NCBI GenBank assembly: GCA_973895155.1
Contig: OZ316893.1
Location: forward strand, 12,974,359-13,038,358
Reading direction: 5' to 3'
Length of the DNA: 64,000 bases
From: Marsupella aquatica
Lineage: Eukaryota > Plantae > Marchantiophyta
This document shows positions 41,951 through 54,616 of the stretch, one piece after another; position 1 is the stretch's first letter; every line of letters begins with the position of its first letter. The notes under the pieces are model-generated. The model made no database searches and was not told where the DNA came from. It saw only the letters and a program-made list of their open reading frames with translations. Both the position numbers and the translations under genes were made by a program.

Positions 41951-42772
41951 TGTGAGATAAGGATGTTTATGAAAGAAGGGTTAACTAACCATAAATTTTA
42001 GAATTTTTACGTTTAAGATCTCAAATGAGGCTGAAGAGGGACCTGAAGACTACTTTGAAGTGGTATGAGACTTTCAAGCCCATCAGAGGTCAACCCGGAT
42101 TGATATTAGAGAAGGAGAATCGACCTGGAACTTTTTACTATAAGCCATGATGAGATATAAAATTTTATACCGCGACTCTATTGAACAATAGCTGTCCATT
42201 GCCAAAGTTTTTAAAACCATAAGTCAAACACAGGCACGACCAAAGCAGAATCCGGATATAAGGAAGGAGAGTTGATCCGGCCTCTCACACCTCTCAAAGC
42301 CGAACTTAGTAGGTTTTGAGCTCCCGAGCGCATTAGGCTGTTTAAGCAGTAGAGTGAGGAGGCTCTACCCTTTTGGTAGAGGATCTTGGATCCGGATTAT
42401 AGGACCAATCTTGCATTGCATGATGAGAGCCTGGATATGAGGGTACTGACTGATTCGTTGTGAGGGAAATGCCTACTCCACCGCTGGAAGTGAAGGCAGG
42501 AAGTTTTAGATCCTGATCGTGGATACATCAGTTGTGAGAAGGGAGGCTAGGTTGAACCGGACATCACCATTGCAGGACCGATTGAGTCCAGATTTTCCCC
42601 ACGTTAGATGGACCTGCATTGTGGTTGACAAAATCTTGATGAAATTCTTCTGAAATGATTTTTAGTTGATCAGAAACGTTGCTGCCAGGTCGACCCAGAG
42701 ATTTGTACCAGTGGTCGACACCGAAGAGATTGAACATTCTGAAGCCGCATCATTGTCGAGCTCGCCGTAGAG
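41951..42772 (+). repeat. 3' LTR, left segment
   Basis: Near-identical to 21740-22561. Confidence 0.95.
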
Positions 42773-43632
42773 CCTTGGGCCCTCACTCTTAGCATATTAA
42801 GTGAACCCCCCTGAGAACAGAACCCCCCTTGTACCCCTTCTTAATATTTTTATTGTCATTAAAATATCTCTTGTTAGTATAAAAATATTAATTTTCACTG
42901 TTAAATTTGACCCTTTTGTAACTTATAAAAGAGTTTTTTGAGTAATAGAAAACACCCTTGACTTTTTAAAATTATGAATGTCATATAACATGTAAACAAT
43001 TCAAAAACATAGATGGTATTTATACTTGGACACTTGAGAGTGGATCCACTATGCTCAGGTATACTTTTATATAGGTCAATAAAATTAAACCAAATAATAG
43101 TATCTTTGGTTGCTTATAGACCTCATAAAAGTGAACTAAATTAACACTAGAAGGATCTAACAAAGAGAAGATTATGCTCTACTACCCTGGTCAGGAGGAA
43201 TAATGGCATGATTGTATACTAATGCTAAAATAATTTATCCTGAGATTGGGCCTGAGATAAATAGGGCACGCCTTCAACCCTTTGCACCAAATGTTCAGTA
43301 AAGTTCTTGGCAGCTTCTTTTGAACCTGATGCATCAAACCATAGATTAATAGTTGATTTTAGACAATACTCATAACACAAGGAAATCATTACTCAAAAAT
43401 ATGGAAATAGTACCATCAGATTTTCTTTGGCTGTAATTATTACTTAGACATGGTGGGTAATTTTCCTGTCATCTCTGCAATCAAACAATTGATTACAATA
43501 TAAGAGACAATATCAAAATCATATTCAAAGCCTTTCATAGTAATCACATACTTGAAGTCTATTTGGGGAGAACATAATTCGATTTGGCATACATACAATA
43601 ACATTGAAAGTTGCTTACCCTATTGTATAAGA

Positions 43633-46600
43633 TTATTGAATTTTGTTTTTGGCAAAATTATCAAGAGCAACTGCATCATCTGGATGCAATTGAAAAATTC
43701 CTGGACATAGTGGATCCACTGTCAAGTGTACTGTTGATATAATACAGTCCAAATCGATGAATTGTGGATCACACACATTGTAGGCAAATTTATGCCTACT
43801 AGTTCCAATCTGAGAAAACCATTGGAACATAATTTTACATGCCTCCTCACCACCAGGCCTATCAAGCAAATCCAAATCACTTCTTGCTCTGTCCATTTTC
43901 CCACCATATTTTTTGTGTATAGATTGAATTCTGCCTATCCACCACATATATTTTGGTGTCGTACTTGAAGACATTACCACAACTGCACCTTTTGGTCTCT
44001 TCGGATTTGGAAGAGAATCGTCTGGTCTACTGCCACCTCTCTTTCCTCGTCCTTTTCCTCTCACTATTCGTGAAATTGCTTCTGAACTTCTAGTTTCAGG
44101 AGCACTGTATGTATCATCTAGGAATAGTACTCCACAGTCGGAACCTACTGTAACAAACATTGTTTGAGCACCTGCTCTAACATTAGGTTTGTCCACTAAA
44201 TTATTGAAGGAGTGATTTTGCTTTATCCGAGTTAATCTGTCTTTATTGAGGAGAGGGTTGAGGGTCAACTGGCTGACCAAAGTACTTTTGTAAATTGATC
44301 GATTTCGGTATTCTACTATTGGCTTCACATCCTGTTTTGCTGCTCCATATATCAAGTCAGAATGCATGATCCCCATGGTGGCCTCCATTTGAGCAGCAAC
44401 TCCCTCTACATCTGGGTCTGCATATATCAAAAGTTGTTCTATTGGGATAGGAGACTCAGAGTCCTCTTCTGCAACTTCTGTTTGAGCCAATAAGGATGCA
44501 CGCTCATGAGAGGTTGTTTGACCTTCCTCAGATTCCTCCACATCCCGCCCTCCATCTACTAATGTATCAACATTCACATCACACCAACTACCAAACTTGA
44601 CCCCTTTAGCTTCCATCTTCCATGGGGAATTCCACCACACCTTGTCTCTGCAAGATGTGGAAGGGTTCATCTGTAACTCAGTGCACGCATTTTGGGCAAG
44701 TTGGAAACCTTCTTGTAGAGCAATCACTATTTCTTCATTTGTTTCAATCCCTGCATAGTCTATTTGATCTGCTACAATAGGAATCCCTATCGGGATTGTA
44801 GTGAGCATCATCCAAATGTTTTCATGTTTTTAGTGGCTCTTCCCTGCACCCATCATTCCTTCAGCCAGATCCATTGCAGCCAATCGATTTCGATTGGTAG
44901 CACATTCTACTAACTCAGCCAAGTCATAACTTCATTCATGACCATTCATACCTCCTACAGCAGAGAAAAACTGCTCACAAACATCTGACCCAGTCAAATG
45001 CAATGGCACTGGAAGATGTCGAAAATTGTCCCTAAATTGGATTACCAATAGGACCACAAAATGAACTGACATCTGAATGTCAAGGAAGCTTTGCATGGGA
45101 ATGCAATTTTTTGTGAAACTGATTGGTTGTGTATTCCCTCCCACTGAATGGTTTCCATGAAAGCACCATTGACGCCATAGTCTAAAGAAGAACCCAACCT
45201 TCCCACAATGGACAATCCTCTGTCGCAAACTCAGACTAGTGTTCAGAAATATGTCAATGTAGTCTGCACATATCCTAGTGTAAACTTCTGTTCCAAGAGT
45301 CTGTTCAACTCTTGCATCACCACGTTGACGAAGCATCCGTAAGGAGGACTGTACTTTGCGGCTACATAGTCGTTGTGCACTAGCCCAATTTTGCCTATCT
45401 TTCCTTGACTTGTCCTCTTCATTCAAGCCATGATCACTATTCAGGTACAATTTGTAACAGGTTATGATGTGACTGAGGTTCGCCATTTCTGCTCCTAATT
45501 TCAAAATACGAGAAGTGGAATCCAATGGGTTCACTAGCTTCTTCCCATTATGAATAAAGTCTTGATCATGCAACCCATATGCATGGATCAATGGTCCAAC
45601 AGTGGTCATAGAGTGGGTCAATTTCCAAGCTTCCCACCTCAGGTCCTGCCTTGGCCCCGGTATCCCACTTCCAGAGTAGTCTTCCAACATAAGCTTTCTC
45701 CTCCGTGCATCCCCATCGCTAGCATGACCCAATAAGGGTCCCACTGACTCTAGGCAATGTGTAGTCCACAGTGACGCTAGGCTATTCCATTGTCGCCTGA
45801 CCCATGGAGCATCAAACTTGTTACATGTGCCAATCCCCATGATGCATAATCGAGGAAACCCAGCAACAAGTGCATTTACTATCAACATCTTGCCTGGTGC
45901 GCTACAACATAATTGTCAAAGGCATCTGCAATGTTGTTGAAGCCAACTTCTCCTTCCCCCACCAGGATCTCCAAGCCAACACTACACTCATGGTCAATTT
46001 TTGTCCCACAAAATCCAAGAAGGGTGTCATGTTTGGGCAACCATCTGCAATCAATAGCAGGTGGGCTCTTCATTAGTTGTGTTCAATTTTTGTGTGTACC
46101 ACAAAACAATCTTGAGCAAAAAGAATAACCAGAGCAAGAGGAGGAAATGAGTAGTCACCTCACAGTCCTCTTCACACAAGTCTCATCCTCTGCCAAAAAG
46201 CATGGAATGGGTCCTTGTATATTTAATCGAGCTTTCAGTTTGGAAAATATTTCCGCAACAAACTGAAATTGCTCTGCATGAATTCCAGCACGAAACACTG
46301 CCATGCCTCTTCGGTCCCGTTGAAGGGTGTTGATGGTAGGACCAATTCCATTGGTTGCAAGACAATCAACAACTCGCCTTCCACCATGTAAAAATAGTGT
46401 TTGACAAAGGAGCTTGGTTCCCAGCTTAAATCGATATCCTATCTTTTCCCTATTGATGTTTTGTGCTATGTCAGACAACATATCCCATAGAGCTCCTCTC
46501 CCACCAAAGGCACCTCGTTTGTGTGCCAATATTATTGAGTGACAAAATTTCAACACAATTGCTTTGTTTGGTTCCTCATAGTGAAGACACGGCTTCACTA

Positions 46601-48361
46601 ATATTGGGGACTAGAGCCTTTGCCATGAGCAACTTGTGACTCAAGATTCTTTGCAATTTTCGCTCTCTCAAAACTTGGTTCCTGTAACTTTTAGCATGAT
46701 ACTGGACCTCTGGAATAGTCAAGTAATCTAAGCGCCTACCTTTCCCAGTTGTTCTAGAACCTCTTTTCTCAAGAGCTTTGTACTCCCTATAAACCCTGAG
46801 TCGAAAATCCTGCTCTGTTTTTATGCTAAAACACTACGAGCAGGTCAAATCTATAAACCCACCACCAAGTTCTGATATTCGTCTACAATCTTTGTGTCTA
46901 AATAAACCAGAGATCACACAACTTTCCTGAGTTATCAAACACCACACCTCTGCCCTCACTATGGGCTCTGCATACCAGTTGCCATCTAATTTAAGCTGGT
47001 CATTTAAGATCTCCTTGATAGGCCTGGTATCTGAACCATATTTCACCACATCACGCCATAGACCCCAACATAGTAAAGAGAGATTGTCAAGTATACCTTT
47101 GTCTTTTGAACTAGAATTGGAAGCTCCTCCACTTGAGGGGCGAGTTAAGAACCCAACTATTTTTTGTTGTAAACTTGACATCTCTTCCATCTGGCGCACG
47201 AGGTCTTCCAGGCCGACCACTATGCACTGGGTTGCCCCTAGCAGGCCTTTGACTTCTTGTGACATAATTGAGATGACTCAAACCTCCCACATGGGCTTCC
47301 AAATTGGACTCTAGATTGCGTTGTTTTGGAATCAATGTCAGGTTTTCAGCACAAAACTCACAACGAAGCTTGAACTTGGCCAACTCTATAGGCTCTTTGT
47401 CCACATCACCTACTACTGTAAATGTGTCTTGCCCAACAATCCCACCAACAATCTGAGCTGAGTTGATCTTCTCCACAATCTTGACATGTTGATCAAGTAT
47501 GGCTCTATCATCCAGAGTACTAGCTTTAGCTCTCTGAGCAATCTCTCTGTGATCCACTTTCTCACCCCTGTTAGATGCTACACGTCGAGCATGCTTTTTG
47601 GATGGCAAGTGTTTCACTCTGAAGTTTGTAAACACATTATTGACCATAGTTTTATCCACACCCTTCACATTGCTACATGCAACTGCTTGATATCTGTAGT
47701 CACACTCGCAACACTCAATATGCCCACGAGGCACACCATCCTTGTCCCAGGTTCTGACTTTCCATTTGTGGTCCACACACTTAAGAAAAGTCATCCACTC
47801 TCTCAACTTTGTCACAGAAGTTTCCCATGCTATCTTGAGGTCCTGAGACATCAATTCAGACTTTAGGCTGATTTGAGGCTCAACCTCCTGGGATGAGGGT
47901 CCACCTGTAGGCTGGTTCTCTTGGGATGGGGCCCTGGATGGGGCACTCGCAGGCTGGGTCTCTTGGGATGGAGATCCACCTGCAGGCTGGTTAGAGGGTT
48001 CATCTATTGTAGGAGTACCAACTTGGTCTCCACTAGATGTGCTACCAGGTCTATTGGACGCATGGCTGCTTCCAAGAACTTGTTGTGACCCATTCTGCAC
48101 ATCTCCTTGGACAAAATTGTTGGGGTATTTTGGGATAATGACAATCTTTCCACCACAATCCTCTACTAGATTGTACCTCTCAAATTTGTCCAACATTCTA
48201 CAAGCAAGGTTGATGTCCATGAAATGGAACTCAAAGTCAAAACCTGACTCCAAGTTCTTTCTAGCATCATAAAAGGTTTCACCAATCTTGTAGCTATAAG
48301 ATGTCAAGGGTTTACGTTCCCCTGACTCTGAGTCTGCTTGAAAAACAGTGGTAGGCGGCAT
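43633..48361 (-). pseudogene. P-element/THAP9-like DDE transposase with N-terminal zinc fingers; intron(s), frameshifts and stops
   Basis: Successive minus-strand ORFs give CCEC..H..H and CEFC..H..H fingers, GPTINTLQR, LAEDET (D1), HASDGD (D2), QDFIHNGKKLVNPL (DxxH motif), DRQNWASAQRL and GSDVCEQFFS (E). GT-AG intron 46158-46045 joins VR|WLP. Confidence 0.72.
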
Positions 48362-51300
48362 CCTCTGAGTCCCACGTTTAATTCCCTATCCAATTGACAT
48401 ATGCTAAGGGCATAGGCCTGCAAACATAGAACAAGACAAGAGAAAAACACCACAATCAAAATGGACACAATTGGAACACCTCAAAGAGTTATGGGTTACT
48501 TTGTAAGGACCCATTCAATGACAATAGCATGGGCATTTTTGAATTTTTGGCTTCCTACAAGCAGCCTAAGGAAACCCACATGTCAAGACCGCATCCACCA
48601 GACCAATTCCACAAGGGCCTTGCCCCATCCCGGCCATTTCTCGTGGTAATTGGCTTGTCTAAGATCCATTGCAGCTTTCTCCTTTCGGGTGGGAAGGGAC
48701 GTACCCTTTGCATGCAAGGACTCTGGTTTCAGCGTAAGCACAAGAGAGTATGAGATCTACACATGGCCATTTAAGCTTGTCCCAGTTGAGCTTGTCCTAG
48801 TCTGTGCTGGGTCCATGTGTAGTCGGGGCCAGGCCCATCACTCCAATCTCTCTCCTTGACATGTGCAATGGGTTGTTTGGAATTTATTTACTCACAGACT
48901 CGCTCAGAGAGGCTGGACCTTGCTTGAATAGCGACATCCCTTGGACAACCCAAACCCTATGGCTAGGCTCTAAGCAATCCTTACCCCCCCACTTCCAGGC
49001 TACCTGCACCTGCTTCGCCTCCAAGGAGCGCTAGATTGCCAGGGATGAAATCTGGCAAGCTCCACTGAGGGCATTACTTCCCCAGTGGTCTCCTTGGATT
49101 TGATGTACCCTACAAACAATCCTATATCTACAGCAAAAAGACAAAGCATAATTCACAAAACATAATGAAATGCTTACCTGAGCAAACACACAAACCCCTG
49201 TTTGTGAGCAGATTGATAAAAAAGACAACAAGCAGGAATCAATAGTACAAGAGACAACAAGCACGAATAAGCAGCAGTGATTCATCACATACTTGTGTAT
49301 TTGCAATGACTGCTTGAACAAAAACTAGATCCACATTGGAACTCGACCATGATAAGCCTGCTGCAGACAAACAACAATGAGTGAATGGAGATGCACGAAG
49401 CAACAACTAAATTCCTGGACTTTCTTGGCAGTGTAAAAGCTAGCAATGGACAAAACAGAGATAACAAGCAATTAGAAAACATACCTGAAGTATAAAAGTG
49501 CCAACAATAACTCGAACAGGGGTGGCATTCATTGATAGTAACTATTCTTATCTGCAATAAACTTCAAGCCCTACAAATCCACCAATAAAGAGAATCTTAC
49601 AGGATATCAACAGGATATATACCACGGCTAAAGAGCTCACAGGGCAAGAGAAAAATCTACATGGGGTACCTAATATCCCACAACACACTTGATGCACATA
49701 TAGGACGGCAAGACTCAAAATCTACCGATGCAAAATACTAGACAGACTAGCTAGTAGACAATCTAACTTGTCTGAGAATCTGCATGGAGCCTTTCTATCA
49801 TTTCAATGGCATCATAAGGCTTGTCAATCCTCAATAAATGGATATATAGAACAACCACCTACAAGCTTTTTCTGCCTCTGGTTTATCCAGACGGTTGCGA
49901 TCCAACTTGACTCCAACAAAGAAAAGCCCTTAATCTCCTTGTGCAAATCACTGACGCACCAAAGGCAAGAGCAAGGGTGTCCTTTGTTTGCTTACAAAGA
50001 AACCCTCTCCTCCTCCTCTGTAGATGCCAAGCGCTCTTCCCTAGCTGATTCTTGGTCTACATCTCTCCTCTTTGTTCAGCTCTTCTCCTCCGTGGCCTGG
50101 TCACCAGCAACCTCCAACAAACTCCTGCATCCCGTCCTGCATGCCTTCTTGCCTAAGGCAAATCATTCAATGAATCAATAAATCAAAGAATTTCTGAAAG
50201 GCCACATAATGTTTTTGAGCAATTCCTGTACTCTCTGAATAATGCAGTGGGATACTACTATGACAGATTGATAGTATTCTTCAACATGCACTTACAAGAA
50301 CTTAAAGTTGGCAGTAGGGTTGTTGACGCGATTGAGAAGCTGCACGCTATGGTATGCTGTGGTATGCTACCAGAGAATTTGTTGTTTTGTAGGGACCCTG
50401 TGTGCCACTAGAAAGACAATGTAGTCGCATATCACTAACTGAACATCAAATTGTGTAATGATCGGCATAGATTGTAGACCCGATTCTATATGGGAAATCA
50501 ATCTGCATGTAAATGCGTAAGAATGTGACAGAGAACTCAAAAACCACCTTGATCAGCTGGACCTTCAGATCACTCGATCTACAGCACCGTCTGTAGCACT
50601 CCCTTGATGCTAGATCCCACTACTGTAAAGTCCACCAACCTGTACAACACGACAATGTTTATTGGATGTGAGGAAAACAAACACCACCACTTAATGCAAG
50701 CGGTAATGCAAGCCTAAAAAGCTGGCAATAACATCCCACATTGGACAGATGGCGCTAAAGAATGCAAGCCTGAAAATATCACTTGGAATAGTCGCAACTC
50801 AAGAATCATCGCCTACTTAATTTGCCTATCCCTACTAATGCTATGGTTCACTCATCACGTGAAGACGTTTTAATAAGAATGCAACTATGTGACAAGGTGA
50901 GGCGGATCAGATAGAGGTACTTCACGCTAGAAGACAGGGCCAATGCGAATAGGGTGAGATGATTAAAAAGTCCACACGAAGAGAAATGTACCCGGAATGT
51001 ATCTACTCTAGACTGCTAAGACATGGGGCTCGGGGCCGAAGGTTTCTTAGCTGATTGTAGAGGTGAAACCAGGGGCAAAACATTCTGAAGACTAGCCAGT
51101 ACGTGAAGTCATGACCAGGTCCAGTCACATGCACCGGCTCTTAGTTGCAGACCAGCTCACTTCGGCTCCGATCGCATGCACCCAGCTCTTAGTTGCAGAC
51201 CAGCTCACTTCCGCTCCAATCGCCGCTCCAATCCAAGCCTTGCTCCGGGCCGACTCCTATGCTTGAACATTTGGGTCAAAGGTAGCTAGTAGCTCACATC

Positions 51301-52034
51301 TCTAGCTCACTAAAACTCAGCTTCAACCAGTTGGCCATGCTCGAACATTTGTTGATCCACAAAACTTGGCACAATGTCTTCAGCCCTACACTACGGAAGT
51401 TTTCCTGCAGCCCCGCCTACAGCTCACACCTTCAATGCACGTAGGTTGTAGGTCCAACTTCCAGCACCTTGCAGGATAGCAGGAACATTGTACAATCATA
51501 GATCGAACGTCCAGGTTGGCTTCTCCCACTTGAACATTTGAGTTTCAACTAGGTTACACATCACCCCATGCATAAGCACAATTATAGCAAAATGTATGTG
51601 AACACTTTGGTGTCTGTCAGCCAAAGTGAATGTACTTGAGGTGAGGACTGACAATAAGAGGGAGTATCCAAGGTCACATAATGAGATGAGAACTGACAAT
51701 TAGAGGGAGTATCCAAGGTCCATAGTCCTAACTGGTACATGGGCCGGTATGACCTTTTGACCCTTGAGCATTGTAGCTTAGTTCAATGAAAACAGCAAAA
51801 AAGAGTGCTAGGAACTCAAGGAGAAACTTTGTAGTTGGGCTTAGGTTAATTAATGTATCATTAATCATGCACTAGTAAGAGGGCATCAAATTAAAGGGGT
51901 GCACAAGCCCTCCATGTCCCCAAGAGGTTTGACAAGAGTTTGAACGTACTCACCATCTGGCTCCACTCTCCCTCCCACTCTCCCTTGAAACTTAAAATAA
52001 AACAAGTTGTAACTATTTAATGGGGAATATGATA

Positions 52035-52505
52035 GACATGACACAACTTAACCATAACTTGTTTGCCTACAAGTTACTGCACTAAGCCATTCAAGCACAG
52101 GTTCAAGTTCCATTCATTTGTAATAAGAAAACTCAAGTTATCATATTGCGTTACAAACTGCAGTTCTTAAAAGATACTTGCCTTTGCTACGGTCAACAAT
52201 AATCAAGTTTTTTCATAACAAAAAATTGCAACTTACCTGAGCTATTAAGACATGACACAACTTACCATATAATTATATTACAACTTGCAATTCTCTAAAG
52301 ATACTTAACCATAACTTGTTTGCCAACAAGTTACTTCACTAAGTCATTCAAGCACAGGTTCAAGTTCCATTCATTTGTAATAAGAAAACTCAAGTTACCA
52401 TATTGCGTTACAAACTGCAGTTCTTAAAAGATACTTGCCTTTGCTACGGTCAATGATAATCAAGTTTTTTCATAACAAAAAATTGCAACTTAATTACCTG
52501 AGCTA
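52035..52505. repeat. ~210-bp tandem duplication downstream of the dioxygenase ORF
   Basis: gacatgacacaactta...accataacttgtttgcc...ttacctgagcta occurs twice (from ~52035 and ~52249). Confidence 0.9.
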
Positions 52506-52574
52506 CCACTCTACAATGATTAATATAAAGCACAACAATGGATCACATCCAAAATGCAAGCTCAATCAATTTGC

Positions 52575-54080
52575 TTAATCAATGTCCCAATCAATGTATT
52601 TGGGATGAGATTTGGAAGCCATCCCATTTGATAAAATTTTACATAATCCTTGACTTGAAAGTTTGGCTCTCTTAGCATGTGCAAATGCTCTTCCCAACTT
52701 TTGATTTAATGCCAAGGCAACCACATATACTAGATCTATTGTCAAGCTTCTTAATGAAGTCCCATGTCTATCCCTTCCTCTAAAGAAAAATGCATCCCCG
52801 TCAAGAAGTGGCATTTGAATACCATAGTCCATAATAGTGAAATATCCTCTTTTACAATTTCTTGTCAAATTAGAGACATATGCCATTGTCCAAATTGATG
52901 TATCAGCATCTTGGTGCATAGTGTTGCAATAATTTTTACTCAAAAACATAGGGTATCCTGGTACTCCTCTTTCAAAGGCTTTAGTGTTATTGAAACAAGC
53001 TCTAAATTTTTTCTCTAGTCTTAGAAAAGGTTCATTCAAAGAAATAAAATGATCCAAGATAGGAGAAAAATGTCTTCCAAATAAAACAAGCAAAACTTCA
53101 AAAAGTAAACGATGAGAAGTTCTTTCATGCAATTCTTCTAAGCTAGGTCTGCAAAATGGTGATCCATTTGAAAGTTTTTTCATATTTCTATAATAGGTTA
53201 TATTCTCCACCTTGTTTTCTACACGATTGATTAATGGTCCCACTGCTCTCATATTTAGTTTTAAACTACTTCTTTTATCCATGCGAATAACAGGATTCTT
53301 AAAATTAAATTGAACTTCAATACAATCCCTTACAATTGGTCTTGCTTTGAGGTCTAATGCTCCCTTTACACGTCCTCCAATATAAACATTTTCTTGTTTT
53401 GTCACCCAAGGTTCTCTTTCAATCCACAACTCCATTTTTGTAGAATGATGCATAACATAAAAGTTCTCAGGAATAGGTGTCCATAATATAGATGGACATC
53501 TATTTTTAGTTTTTCTCTTATTTTGTTGAAGTGGTTTTTTCAGGTCACTTGATATCAAATATGTCCCATCATAGGATTTACAATTTTCTTCATTTTGTCT
53601 CCCAAACATTTTAATACCTCCATCTTTTTGCAACCGTGGTATTAAAAAAGTATCAAAATGATGCTTTTGAGATTCAAAAAAATTATGTTGATCTTTTCTT
53701 AATTTTGTAATACTTTCTTTCATTCCTCTAGGTAGCAAGTCCAATGCATATCGTGTTTCGAACATAGAGGATAACAATGTCCATATCTCAGTATTATAGA
53801 GTATTTTCCATCTCTTAGCTTTCTTTAGATATTTATATCCTGAAAAAAATTTATTTCGGCATATTGTTTCACATGTGTCATCATAAGTTTGCAAACCATA
53901 ATTAAATAGAAACACTTCATATACTACCCATTTAAGGAATATTTGTAGATTAAAGTAGTCAAATCCCACTATTTTGATAACATCATAAAAATATAGTTCA
54001 CAGTCTCTTAAGTTCAAGTTATTGGATTTGTTGAGTGTGGCCCGGAGTGTGGTTGGGAGTATGACATTCCCTGCAATCAA
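52575..54080 (-). CDS. Protein with a C-terminal TET/JBP-like 2OG-Fe(II) dioxygenase domain
   Basis: 501 open codons in AT-rich DNA. The segment SKNYCNTMHQDAD...GYFTIMDYGIQMPLLDGDAFFFRGRDRHGT shows the N..HxD.D, G.F..DY, GD and HGT pattern of TET/JBP-like DSBH enzymes. An AG acceptor at 54072-54071 suggests an upstream exon. Confidence 0.65.
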   Translation of the reverse strand: MIAGNVILPTTLRATLNKSNNLNLRDCELYFYDVIKIVGFDYFNLQIFLKWVVYEVFLFNYGLQTYDDTCETICRNKFFSGYKYLKKAKRWKILYNTEIWTLLSSMFETRYALDLLPRGMKESITKLRKDQHNFFESQKHHFDTFLIPRLQKDGGIKMFGRQNEENCKSYDGTYLISSDLKKPLQQNKRKTKNRCPSILWTPIPENFYVMHHSTKMELWIEREPWVTKQENVYIGGRVKGALDLKARPIVRDCIEVQFNFKNPVIRMDKRSSLKLNMRAVGPLINRVENKVENITYYRNMKKLSNGSPFCRPSLEELHERTSHRLLFEVLLVLFGRHFSPILDHFISLNEPFLRLEKKFRACFNNTKAFERGVPGYPMFLSKNYCNTMHQDADTSIWTMAYVSNLTRNCKRGYFTIMDYGIQMPLLDGDAFFFRGRDRHGTSLRSLTIDLVYVVALALNQKLGRAFAHAKRAKLSSQGLCKILSNGMASKSHPKYIDWDID

Positions 54081-54139
54081 TCATCGAGTCAATAACACTA
54101 ACATACAATATTTGTTTTACATACAATCAGGCATAAATC

Positions 54140-54616
54140 CTACATGAAATATTTGCATAGAGGGAAATCCCCATCCCAAACATGAAGTCCATATGTACAT
54201 CCCAAATCAAAATTTTCATACAAATTAATAATCTTTGTCACTGTTCTTGGTAAAGTTGTGCTACACATACCCTTGCTCCCATCTTTAGTTTTTGAAATCA
54301 CTCCTCTGTCCCCTGCTCTTGCTCTATTCTCTTCCTTGTTTTTTTTCCTTGGCTGGAACGGTTTCTTGATGTCTTGCTCAAACTTTCGTTTTGAGTTTCT
54401 TGACAGAATTTGTTGAAGCTTGCCCTCTTGCTGGCCATAAACCGGACCATCTTCATGCGAACGGTTAACCTTGGGATTAAACTGATCCATGAACTCGTGC
54501 ATGTGCAATTCTTTTTCTACTCTCCTTACCACAACACGTTCTTTTGGACCAAAAAAAGTACCAAAGGTGGAGTCATTTGGTAGATGCTTCATCTTCTGCT
54601 TCATCTTATTCTCCAT
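54140..54616 (-). CDS. Basic 158-aa ORF, probable upstream exon of the dioxygenase gene
   Basis: Same strand, ends ~70 bp before the acceptor; Lys/Arg clusters (NSKRKF, PRKKNK) resemble a nuclear localisation signal. No canonical GT donor identified. Confidence 0.4.
   Translation of the reverse strand: MENKMKQKMKHLPNDSTFGTFFGPKERVVVRRVEKELHMHEFMDQFNPKVNRSHEDGPVYGQQEGKLQQILSRNSKRKFEQDIKKPFQPRKKNKEENRARAGDRGVISKTKDGSKGMCSTTLPRTVTKIINLYENFDLGCTYGLHVWDGDFPLCKYFM

Noticed and set aside
43633-48361. KDZ or Plavaka transposase, the usual TET/JBP partners
   Set aside because: I could not see their characteristic CxC or catalytic motifs; the motif order fits P-like enzymes better.
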